Source: a virus. Taken from it: 64,000 nt of DNA. This document shows, in pieces, positions 55,878 through 64,000 of the stretch (its first letter is position 1; each line of letters opens with the position of its first letter). Where the stretch lies: IMG/VR virus record IMGVR_UViG_3300045988_175246. The stretch is one strand, 5' to 3'. Below the pieces are notes generated by a model that had not been told where the DNA came from, did no database searches, and worked only from the letters and a program-made list of their open reading frames with translations. A program made the position numbers and the translations under genes.

Positions 55878-55918
55878 AAAAATCCCTCCTCAAACATCCA
55901 TTCCAGAGGAGGGATTTT
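55878..55918 (+). terminator. strong rho-independent terminator closing the gene array
   Basis: AAATCCCTCCT-caaacatccattccag-AGGAGGGATTT + TTCCGTTTTT. Confidence 0.6.
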
Positions 55919-56011
55919 TCCGTTTTTAGAAGGTTTATAACATTTGGAGCCATTAGAGTCGAAACCAGCAATGTAGAAAAATTCCACAAAATCGAAAGCG
56001 ATTGACCCGAA

Positions 56012-58672
56012 ATGGCAAGAGACGGTTTCTATCGTCCGGAAAGCTTCATTAGTCCCGGCAGTGAATACGGTCTGCTTCGAGCGGCCACGCCGGACAGGAC
56101 TGTATGGCTGTATGCGAAGATTCCTTGGACGAGCGCACTATTGGATGGTGCCGGTGATTCCAAGAGAAAGGAAGCCGAGCAAAGCTTCATGGCTTTCTTC
56201 GACGGGCTGGCCGGTGAGGTCAGCGTGGCGGGCATGCGCTACAGGGATTTGCTGAAAAGCGAATACCGTGAATTCCATCTGCTTACGGGTTCCATGCCTA
56301 TCCCCTACCGTCCGCCGGTAATGCAACAGGATGATTTGAAAAGCTATCAGGCTTACTATTACCGCAATCTGAACGTGTGCAAGCAGTTCGCTGTCATCGG
56401 AGTCCCGTTGAAACTGGGTGGCGAAGCCGGTAGGAAAGGCCGTAAACAGTCGCTTCTTCGGAAAGTCACCACGAAGTTCAATCAGCTTAGCTTCTCCATG
56501 GCGAACGGTTACGCCATGTTCGAGGAGTATCTGCCGGACGCGCATCGTATCGAACGCATCATGTTGAACGCCGGTCTTATCCCGTTCACCATCATGGAGG
56601 AAAGCGAACGCGAGCAGATGGTTGCGATGATGGAGACTTGGTGGGTGAGCCGCGCGTCCGCGTCCGCCCTTCCCATCATTGCCGAGAACGACCACCTGCA
56701 TTTCTTCCCGAACAGTAAGGTCTGCCAGAACGCGAAACGACTATACGATGAGGGAATCGACTGCGACCAGTGGAACATCGACAGCGAGTATCCGGCGTCC
56801 ATCTGCTTCGCCCGAACAACCCAGTTCGCACAATCGGACATCACCGACCCGTCCAACCTGTGGATTGCGAAACTGATGGAAGTCGCTACGGCGGGTGGCG
56901 CGAACGCCGTCGGAACGTCCATTCGCGGCAAGGTCGAACCCGGCAAGGTGACGGCTGACACGATTCGCCGTAACGCCCGCACGATTGACGAGAACATCAA
57001 GGAACGTTATCAGCATGGCCGTGAGGCTTCCGCCGATATGACCGATTTGAAATATCGTCTGGACTATAAGAAGGCCATTTACAATTCTCCCGAAATGCCG
57101 CCGAGCATCATCGATTTGAGTGTCGCCACCTGTGTGGCAGGTAACGCTCAGATTGCCGTGGACTCGTTGCAGAACATCCAGAATTTCGAGTTCACGAATC
57201 TGACCACGGCCAACGAACAGTTGATGGCGTTCAAAAGCATGCAGGCGTGTTCTCCGGTGCGTATGACACCGTATGAGATTCACTGGTCTGCGACCTGCGT
57301 GGCTGGTGGCGGCGTGAGTAGTTTCGCCAAGGCCGGTGATGATACTGGAGCACTGGTCGGATTGACCGAAGCGAACCGGCAACCCGTTTACGTGGGCACT
57401 ACCACCGTGCAGGATAAGGATACCCGACCGGGCATTCTGGTCATCGGTGAAACCGGTTCCGGAAAGTCCATGCTGTTGGTGAGCCTGTTCCTCCAGTGGA
57501 TGCTGATTGACTCCCGTAGCGGCAAGGGCAAAACGCCTTGTATTCTCGTCAATCCGAAGGAAGGCAACGACTTCGAGGATGCCGTCCTGTCCCGTAACGG
57601 AACAGTGCTCCGAATGGATTCCGACATCGCTGACGGAACATTCGACCCGTACAATGTGCTCCGAAGCGAGGAAGAGGCCAAGGATATGGCCGCTATCATG
57701 ATTTCCGATATTCTGAAACCTGACGGCGACACCTCCTATGAGCTTACCGTCAAGGCCATGCTGGATTACGGTTACAAGAAGGGTGGCCGCTGTTGCGGGA
57801 CCATCCTATACAAGGCGGCTACCGACTTCCGTGCTCTCCAGCAAGCAGGGAAAGACCCTTCGCAATACAACTTGTATCCGGACACGTTGGACGTGTTCAA
57901 ACTGATTACGATGAGCGTCAACACGAACCAGTCGTTGCGTCTTATCTTCGGTACGAACGATAACGTGGCCCCTTTGCGTGTCAGTCAGAACCTTACCCTT
58001 ATCAACGCTGGCAACCGTTCCATGATTCCGGAACCGGGAGCCGAGAACACCGTTACAGGACGTATCCAACGTTGGGTGCTTCGTATGATTGTGTTCGGCG
58101 CGGGTGCCGCAGTAAGCGAACGAGACGGAATGGTCGGCATCGATGAGGCTTGGGCAATCCTAGGCGAGGACAAGGGTGCCGCCAAGGTGAACGAGTGGAT
58201 GCGTACCGCACGTTCCCGCCGGTTCACCCCGGTGTTCGCCTCCCAGAAGGTCAAGGAGTTCATCAACGCCGGTATGACCGGCGGTATCGGCCGAGCGTTC
58301 CTGCTGGCTTTGGACGACCCGATTCAAGATTCTCCTGCCCGTGACGCTTTGCGACTGTTGCAGATTGAGGATTCCGGCAATCGTATCCGCTCCCGTATGA
58401 GCATGGGTGATACGAAGGAGAACGATGAGCCGAACTGGGCTGGCATGAGGCGTCTGCGTATCAAGGACAAGGAGACCGGCAAGGACAAGACCATTCGTGG
58501 TGCCGTCGCCTACTTCAAGGATTCCAGCAAACAGCCGGTACCCGTCGAAGTCATCATTCCGCCAGACCTGTTGAAGGAAATCTCCACGACCGCAACCGAT
58601 AAGATTCGCCGTGAAGAGGAAAAGAAGAAAGCAATGCAAGCGTCAGAAACGCAGGAAGGACAAGAACAGTGA
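56012..58672 (+). CDS. VirB4/TrbE-like type IV secretion (conjugative transfer) ATPase
   Basis: Walker A VIGETGSGKSMLL in the C-terminal half, Walker B GMVGIDEAWAIL (DEAW), downstream FASQ motif; no N-terminal TM; 886 aa. Confidence 0.55.
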   Translation: MARDGFYRPESFISPGSEYGLLRAATPDRTVWLYAKIPWTSALLDGAGDSKRKEAEQSFMAFFDGLAGEVSVAGMRYRDLLKSEYREFHLLTGSMPIPYRPPVMQQDDLKSYQAYYYRNLNVCKQFAVIGVPLKLGGEAGRKGRKQSLLRKVTTKFNQLSFSMANGYAMFEEYLPDAHRIERIMLNAGLIPFTIMEESEREQMVAMMETWWVSRASASALPIIAENDHLHFFPNSKVCQNAKRLYDEGIDCDQWNIDSEYPASICFARTTQFAQSDITDPSNLWIAKLMEVATAGGANAVGTSIRGKVEPGKVTADTIRRNARTIDENIKERYQHGREASADMTDLKYRLDYKKAIYNSPEMPPSIIDLSVATCVAGNAQIAVDSLQNIQNFEFTNLTTANEQLMAFKSMQACSPVRMTPYEIHWSATCVAGGGVSSFAKAGDDTGALVGLTEANRQPVYVGTTTVQDKDTRPGILVIGETGSGKSMLLVSLFLQWMLIDSRSGKGKTPCILVNPKEGNDFEDAVLSRNGTVLRMDSDIADGTFDPYNVLRSEEEAKDMAAIMISDILKPDGDTSYELTVKAMLDYGYKKGGRCCGTILYKAATDFRALQQAGKDPSQYNLYPDTLDVFKLITMSVNTNQSLRLIFGTNDNVAPLRVSQNLTLINAGNRSMIPEPGAENTVTGRIQRWVLRMIVFGAGAAVSERDGMVGIDEAWAILGEDKGAAKVNEWMRTARSRRFTPVFASQKVKEFINAGMTGGIGRAFLLALDDPIQDSPARDALRLLQIEDSGNRIRSRMSMGDTKENDEPNWAGMRRLRIKDKETGKDKTIRGAVAYFKDSSKQPVPVEVIIPPDLLKEISTTATDKIRREEEKKKAMQASETQEGQEQ

Positions 58673-59511
58673 GCTACAAGGATTTCTTCGGAGAGAACCG
58701 TCCGACGCCCCATAAGACGGAGGATGAGCAGAACATCACACCATTGTCTCCGCCGACGTTCGACACCACGCCGGTCGTTGAAAAATATGATGTGATGTCT
58801 TTCCAAGGCTTCTCCAGTGGAAGACCGTTGCTGTTGGAACGGCCCACCAAGTATGTGAATCGTATCGTCAATTCGATGAAGCAGATTATCGCCATTCCGG
58901 AGAACGACCAATATGGTGGGGTCGAGGGAAGGGTCTACCTGTCGCCTATCTTCACACTCCCCGTGGCACTGCTCCATGAGGGAGACAAAATCGGCAATGA
59001 GACAGTGAACCGTTATCCGTATCTGCATTTCCCGACGAACCATGACTGGAATGCGGACGAAATCAGTCTGGACGAGTATCTCCTCGCCATCGAATACATG
59101 TTCGTCATCCATGACATTGCTCAGGAAAGCACCGAAGGAGACCTGCTCACCTATGGTGTGGACGGAGATTATACGATGGACGATGACGCGTGGAAAACCG
59201 CTTGCGAATGGTCTAAGGAAATCAGCAAACCATTGTCCGACCTTAATCGTGGCCGACTATTGGGTTTTGCCATCAACAGTAAAAGCGAGAAGGAAGTCGA
59301 TACGGTCGTGAACCTGTTCGACCTTTGGGGGAGGAACGGGAACCGCAACAGATTCTATCCGACGCGCAGACTGCGGCGGGTGACGTGGAAGACCTTTACG
59401 ATATGGTGTTCAGTATCCCGTTTGAACCATTCCACTGATTTCCCCTTACTATCTAAAAAAATTCTGTTAACTTGGAAGAGATGGCAAAAATCTCTTCCAA
59501 GTTTTTTGTAA
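58669..59511 (+). CDS. hypothetical protein (conjugation-module associated)
   Basis: 280-aa ORF, GTG start overlapping the upstream stop. Confidence 0.4.
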   Translation: MSYKDFFGENRPTPHKTEDEQNITPLSPPTFDTTPVVEKYDVMSFQGFSSGRPLLLERPTKYVNRIVNSMKQIIAIPENDQYGGVEGRVYLSPIFTLPVALLHEGDKIGNETVNRYPYLHFPTNHDWNADEISLDEYLLAIEYMFVIHDIAQESTEGDLLTYGVDGDYTMDDDAWKTACEWSKEISKPLSDLNRGRLLGFAINSKSEKEVDTVVNLFDLWGRNGNRNRFYPTRRLRRVTWKTFTIWCSVSRLNHSTDFPLLSKKILLTWKRWQKSLPSFL

Positions 59512-59521
59512 GGCGGGTACA

Positions 59522-61858
59522 GTGCAAAGTTTTGGAAAAATGGCGGCGATGGGGATGGCTGGCCTACTCCTCTTCGACCTGACGCTGGCGGTCGGCGTGA
59601 CCAGTATGAGTACCGTGTCCGATACGACCATGATGTCCATTCGCTCCAACGGGTGCAAGAAAACCTCTGCTCAAAGCAGTTCGGACATTGGTGGCAGTCT
59701 CATAGACAAGTACATAGCCAAGGCCGAGGAAATGGCTAAGGATGATAAAATCGGCTACAGTCAGTCGAAACGAAAGCTCAATCCCGATGTTGACTGTTCG
59801 AGTTTCGTCTACTATGCGTTGACGAAAGGCGGTGTCAAGAATCTGGGTGACTCACCGTTCAACACGTCCAGTATGGACGGCCCGATGAGCAAGGCCGGTT
59901 TCACAAAAACCGACTTCGACGGTTCGGCGGACAAGCTCCAGAAAGGTGACGTGGTCTGGCGGGACGGTCATACGGAAATCTATATCGGTGACAGTAAGAC
60001 CGTGGGCGCTCACGAGGACACCGACGGCAAGGATGGAGACAGCAAGGGGGACGAAGTGTCGGAAGTCCCATTGGATTACGGTGGGGGCAAATACACCGCC
60101 TACTATCGTCTTTCCGACTCCTCAGCTTCCGACTCCTCCGATTCTTCCTCTTCGGACTCCGGTAGCGCCAGTTCCTCTTCGGATTTCAAGACCAATGACG
60201 TGGCAATCAAAATCGCCAAGGCGTTCGCGTCAGCGGGATTCTCCAAAGCGGCCACGGCTGGAGTATTGGGCAACGTGTATGCCGAATCCGGTTTCGTAGC
60301 GGACAGAAGCAGCCCCGACAATGGATACGGTCTCGGACAATGGACTCCCCGAAGCAAAATCCGCACTTGGATGGACGCCAACGGACTGGAGGGCACGCCT
60401 GATTCGGACGAGGACGGGCAGATAAAAATGCTTGTGGCAACCGCGAAAAGCTCCTTCAACAATCATTACTTGTCGGAAGCCAAGGCCGAGATAACCGTCA
60501 AGAACGACAGTCTGTATGATACTTGGCATGAAGCCAGCGACCCGGAAGTGGCCGCAGTCGCATGGATGGCCGGATGGGAAAGGCCAAATTGGGCATCCCG
60601 TAATGAGGATAACCGAAAACAGGTAGCCAAGAACTATTACGACAAAGGATTGAACGACATCTCCTTCAACGGCAAGAGTGGAGACTCCGATGATGACAGT
60701 TCCCAATGTTGCACACAATCCGACGATACGGACGGAACCACCGATACCGCGTCGGCCAATGTGACAGTAACCAATTCCGTTCAAGCATATACGGATAAGT
60801 ATGGTCAGGCCGCTTTCGATATCGGCAAGAAGTACGGTATCCCATATGAGGCGATTCTTGGACAGTCCGCAGTGGAAAGCGCTTGGGGCGCTTCCAGTCT
60901 GACGACCAAATATCATAACTTCTTTGGCATCAAGGCGGTCAATGGTCAAAAGTCGGTCAAGCTTGCCACCAAGGAATGCAATCAAGGTGGATGCTATGAC
61001 ACGACCGGTGATTTCGCGGTCTACGATTCCGACGAGGATGGTTTCGCCGGTTATGGCAAGTTCATCACCGAGAATTCCCGTTATGCGACGGCTTTGCAGA
61101 AGCGCACCGACCCACACGCGTATATTCAGGAGTTAAAGAATGCCGGATATGCCACGGATAATAATTACGTCTCGACCGTTTGGGGTGTGACCCAACAGTT
61201 CATCGCATATATTAAGCAGACCAACAAGTTCCCACCATCCTCTGAAGTGCAGTTTGATTCTGCGCCACCGGCTGACACGGGTGGTTCCTCCAATGATTCC
61301 TCTTCCGATAACGTTGTATGTCCGACCAGTAGTGACGGTGATGGGGATTCCGCCCAAAACGGTGAAATCGGTGGTGCGCCAACCAACACCGACAATTATG
61401 GGTGGATGTGCAGCGGCAAGGCGAAAGTCTGCAAGGATGGCGACACCGGTCCAAGCTTCCTCTGGTCTAATGGCCCTGATTACCAATGCTACTGGTATTG
61501 GCTGATGCGCTCCTATATGGTGTTCGGCAGTATGGAGAATCCCCATACTGCTACGGGCGGTGACTTGTATGCCGACCTTCAGGGTAAACAAGGTTGGACT
61601 ACGTCGAAGACTCCTAAGCCCGGTGCTGGTGTCTCATTCAAGGACGGTAGTGGTGCTATAACTCACGTCGCTTTTGTGGAAAAGGTCGAAACAGACTCCT
61701 CCGGTAAATGGAAGATATTTATCAGTGAGGGAAATTCGAGGGATAGTAGTGCCTACGGTCATTGGAATGAATACAATACCCGATGGGTTACTCCCGGAGA
61801 TAAATGGTATGGGTACATCCAAGGATTCTTCTGGCGTACGGAATGGAAGATGTCCTAA
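59522..61858 (+). CDS. secreted multi-domain peptidoglycan hydrolase (NlpC/P60-like + GH73 glucosaminidase/lysozyme-like + CHAP-like)
   Basis: Signal/TM N-terminus; Cys-His pair DCSSFVYYA...DGHTEIYIG; GNVYAESGF...GLGQWTP; GH73-like QSAVESAWGASSLTTKYHNFFGIKA; C-terminal QCYWYW...GAITHVAFVEK; Ser/Asp-rich linkers. Confidence 0.7.
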   Translation: MQSFGKMAAMGMAGLLLFDLTLAVGVTSMSTVSDTTMMSIRSNGCKKTSAQSSSDIGGSLIDKYIAKAEEMAKDDKIGYSQSKRKLNPDVDCSSFVYYALTKGGVKNLGDSPFNTSSMDGPMSKAGFTKTDFDGSADKLQKGDVVWRDGHTEIYIGDSKTVGAHEDTDGKDGDSKGDEVSEVPLDYGGGKYTAYYRLSDSSASDSSDSSSSDSGSASSSSDFKTNDVAIKIAKAFASAGFSKAATAGVLGNVYAESGFVADRSSPDNGYGLGQWTPRSKIRTWMDANGLEGTPDSDEDGQIKMLVATAKSSFNNHYLSEAKAEITVKNDSLYDTWHEASDPEVAAVAWMAGWERPNWASRNEDNRKQVAKNYYDKGLNDISFNGKSGDSDDDSSQCCTQSDDTDGTTDTASANVTVTNSVQAYTDKYGQAAFDIGKKYGIPYEAILGQSAVESAWGASSLTTKYHNFFGIKAVNGQKSVKLATKECNQGGCYDTTGDFAVYDSDEDGFAGYGKFITENSRYATALQKRTDPHAYIQELKNAGYATDNNYVSTVWGVTQQFIAYIKQTNKFPPSSEVQFDSAPPADTGGSSNDSSSDNVVCPTSSDGDGDSAQNGEIGGAPTNTDNYGWMCSGKAKVCKDGDTGPSFLWSNGPDYQCYWYWLMRSYMVFGSMENPHTATGGDLYADLQGKQGWTTSKTPKPGAGVSFKDGSGAITHVAFVEKVETDSSGKWKIFISEGNSRDSSAYGHWNEYNTRWVTPGDKWYGYIQGFFWRTEWKMS

Positions 61859-61897
61859 AAATTGACTTCCTCCCCCGGCTAAAGCCGGAGGTTTTAC

Positions 61898-61947
61898 GGC
61901 GCAACACATAAGTAGGGGCGAACGGTTAGGTTCGCCCCTACTTATTT
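61898..61947. terminator. bidirectional terminator between convergent genes
   Basis: AAGTAGGGGCGAAC-ggttag-GTTCGCCCCTACTT followed by TTTTTT; additional CCGGC-taaa-GCCGG hairpin at 61877-61890. Confidence 0.6.
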
Positions 61948-61953
61948 TTTCCG

Positions 61954-62907
61954 TCAGCTTGCGGGACAGTTCTGACAGCCGGTATTGGAGGAGAAGGACA
62001 CGTCGTCCCACATGCTCCAATCAACCTTGCCATCCAAATCACCTTTGCTTTCAGGCGCATTCAACACTCGTGTAATGCCGGTGGGATTCATACCGTTCCA
62101 GTTCAAACCGCCAGAAACCGGAATGGCGATTCTAGTTCCATACCCCAGACTGTCGGCCACTTTATCCGGAGTCCACTGTGATAGGAATGGGTTAATCCAC
62201 CAATACTGGGCTCCTTCGTATTCAATATCGGAGACCTTGCCGTTTTCAATGGTGAGCAAGTCATCGATTTGATAATCCCTCCACGCTGGGGTAAGGGCAT
62301 TGTAGTCACCCTCAGAATAAGTGTCTCCACTAGTCACGAGGATGGTACGAACTTTACCCTTCACCCGGACTTTACCATCATCGTACACTTTGGCCGTCGG
62401 GTCTTTGACCCATCTGGTTCCAGTGCCCCACACTTCGTTCTTCCACCATGCTTGGGATGTGGGCATGGTGTCGCACAAAGACTGGTAGTCGGAGGTGTTG
62501 CACACGTAGGAGGGGGCGTTGCTTCCCCATGATTGGTTCATTTTCATGGATGAGGGCATGTCGGCGGGGGCTGTGATATTGTCTGGTGTTCTTAATGCGG
62601 CCAATACTTGGTCGGCTGGCTGTTTGGCCCACTGGTGTGGGTCTGCGAGCGAGTCCACTCCCCAATTGCGCATGTCTTTTTCCATTTGGAGGGCGATGGT
62701 CTTGTTCTGTTCCTTTTGTTTGTCGGACAAGACTGGGGTTTTCTTCTTTTTGGCCTTGTTGGTGGAGCTGGAGGAGCTGGTGTTGGCGCTGGCTTGGGTC
62801 TCTTTGGTGGACGTGACGTGCTTGCGCCATGCGCACCATCCGATGACGAGCGCCAACACTAGGACGACTGCTGTGATTATGGTGATGGTTTTTTTGTTGT
62901 GGGACAT
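61954..62907 (-). CDS. membrane-anchored secreted protein (N-terminal TM, S/K-rich linker)
   Basis: IITAVVLVLALVIGWCAW then SSSSSTNKAKKKKTP; 317 aa. Confidence 0.5.
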   Translation of the reverse strand: MSHNKKTITIITAVVLVLALVIGWCAWRKHVTSTKETQASANTSSSSSTNKAKKKKTPVLSDKQKEQNKTIALQMEKDMRNWGVDSLADPHQWAKQPADQVLAALRTPDNITAPADMPSSMKMNQSWGSNAPSYVCNTSDYQSLCDTMPTSQAWWKNEVWGTGTRWVKDPTAKVYDDGKVRVKGKVRTILVTSGDTYSEGDYNALTPAWRDYQIDDLLTIENGKVSDIEYEGAQYWWINPFLSQWTPDKVADSLGYGTRIAIPVSGGLNWNGMNPTGITRVLNAPESKGDLDGKVDWSMWDDVSFSSNTGCQNCPAS

Positions 62908-62962
62908 GAGTTCAGCCTTTTGCTAGGAAGTTCGGACGGGTGTTCAAACATCTAGAAGAATC

Positions 62963-63430
62963 TTAGCGAGCAGCCCTGCCGTCAGCCTTCTTGTACTGGG
63001 ATTCCCTTCCGTCCAACCCGTTCTTTCCGAGGCGAAGCAGGATGGTGTTCATCCACATGACACCCGTGGGGATGAGGTATCCGATAAGTGCGAGCATGAG
63101 GCAGAAATTATCTCCGGGGTTCCAGTGAACGTAGAGCATTGGAACGATTGCCATGAGCACGCAGTCGATGGGGATGTCACGCAGTTTGCCCTCATGGAAT
63201 TCGATTCGGAAGCACCAGATGATGGTTTGGAGGATGGCAACGAAGATGAGGAACGTGAAGATGTCGAATGCTCCGACGGCTATTGAGGGGATGACTGTTC
63301 CGAAGAAGTTGTTGAACATCGTTTCGAACGTTTGTCCTGCACTGGTCATGGACAGTCCTCCGATTGCGAGGACGATGACGCAAATCGAGTAGACGATGAA
63401 CGTGCCGATTGAGATAAGTAGCGTTGCCAT
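62963..63430 (-). CDS. integral membrane protein (about 4 TM)
   Basis: 155 aa, multiple hydrophobic helices. Confidence 0.5.
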   Translation of the reverse strand: MATLLISIGTFIVYSICVIVLAIGGLSMTSAGQTFETMFNNFFGTVIPSIAVGAFDIFTFLIFVAILQTIIWCFRIEFHEGKLRDIPIDCVLMAIVPMLYVHWNPGDNFCLMLALIGYLIPTGVMWMNTILLRLGKNGLDGRESQYKKADGRAAR

Positions 63431-63691
63431 TTTGTTTTTTCTCCTTTTTCTTTAGGTCATAATTTGTTTCCTTATGGCGACTCTTTTTTTGTGGACAATC
63501 TCAGTATAGCACGAACCTAAACTTTCTACAATAACTCGCCACCCAAGACGACGACACGCCAAGAAAACACCCCAACTAGCCCCAACCTCCCCAAACAATT
63601 TTCCTGTTTTCAAAAGGTTTACAACAAACAGTCCGTTAGTGTCGTTAATAGATTTCCGACATTCAAAAACAGATAATGAATGGAGTCCTCG

Positions 63692-64000
63692 ATGGCACAG
63701 AATCGCGGTGGACGAAGCCGCAGTAGGAGCAAAGAGCCGACCCATATCTGGAGCGGCTTCTGGTGTGGACTCATAATCATCATCGGCGTAATCCTCTGGG
63801 CTTTACTGAGACTTCCGCTCATGCCGTTCATCTGGCTGGGAATCCTCGTAGGAGGAACCACGGCCACCTATCCGACGCCCGCACGTAAGACAGACCCCAT
63901 AGACCCGAAGAAACTCAACGTCTACTACCGTTGGAAGGATATGTTCTCCGGGCTGAAACCTTACTCCCGTCCCGAAAAGGACGACGAGTTCGATGAGAAC
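63692..64000 (+). CDS. membrane protein, 5' partial (runs off window end)
   Basis: ATG 63692: MAQNRGGRSRSRSKEPTHIWSGFWCGLIIIIGVILWALLRLPLMPFIWLGILVGG...; no stop before 64000. Confidence 0.3.
   Translation, partial: MAQNRGGRSRSRSKEPTHIWSGFWCGLIIIIGVILWALLRLPLMPFIWLGILVGGTTATYPTPARKTDPIDPKKLNVYYRWKDMFSGLKPYSRPEKDDEFDEN

Noticed and set aside
56138-57382. Minus-strand ORFs of 187/163/213 aa inside the VirB4-like gene
   Set aside because: Antisense artefacts; Walker motifs are on the plus-strand frame.
60230-61591. 295-aa and 152-aa minus-strand ORFs inside the hydrolase gene
   Set aside because: Antisense artefacts.
1-64000. CRISPR arrays, rRNA or tRNA genes
   Set aside because: No regularly spaced direct repeats with unique spacers were seen (the recurring 23-mer is always upstream of a gene and spaced irregularly by 0.3-4 kb), and no rRNA-like or cloverleaf-like conserved stretches were recognised by eye; a tRNAscan run would be needed to exclude tRNAs formally.

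Overview
This 64-kb window reads as a GC-rich actinobacterial (Bifidobacterium-like) accessory or mobile region, most likely part of a conjugative plasmid or ICE rather than a phage: no capsid, terminase or tail genes are visible. Three modules are clear. The first (0.3-11 kb) is a replication/partition block with an AAA+ ATPase, a ParB-like nuclease-domain protein, a DnaB helicase, and a flotillin (SPFH) gene interrupted by a single in-frame TGA. The second (11-22.5 kb) is a sortase-dependent pilus locus: an MPKTG pilin, a class C sortase and a 1796-aa MPHTG-anchored adhesin with RCC1-like and Cna-B-like repeats. It is followed directly by a complete diversity-generating retroelement: the target gene ends in a C-terminal VR, then comes an Avd-like gene, then a TR rich in AAC codons whose adenines map to the VR differences, then a YMDD reverse transcriptase, with a GC hairpin just 3' of the VR. 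The third module (25.9-55.9 kb) is the most unusual part. It is an array of about 70 mostly small genes arranged in about 25 cassettes, each introduced by a near-identical motif TATACTGGAATTGTTCACACAAA (a TATACT -10 element plus a conserved leader containing the dyad TTGT-N4-ACAA). Many cassettes are preceded by a GC hairpin plus T-tract; a 26th copy of the motif lies on the minus strand at 5.2 kb. The array holds several paralog families, two frameshifted copies, an Xis-like HTH, a GNAT, a DnaQ-like exonuclease, an RNA ligase (KxDG) beside an ATP-grasp-like protein, a DUF3310-like protein, three LRV/HEAT-repeat proteins, and an inserted tnpB-only IS605-family element. The 3' end carries a VirB4-like ATPase and a multi-domain (NlpC/P60 + GH73 + CHAP) peptidoglycan hydrolase typical of Gram-positive conjugation systems. 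All calls rest on motifs read directly from the ORF translations; no database searches were run.
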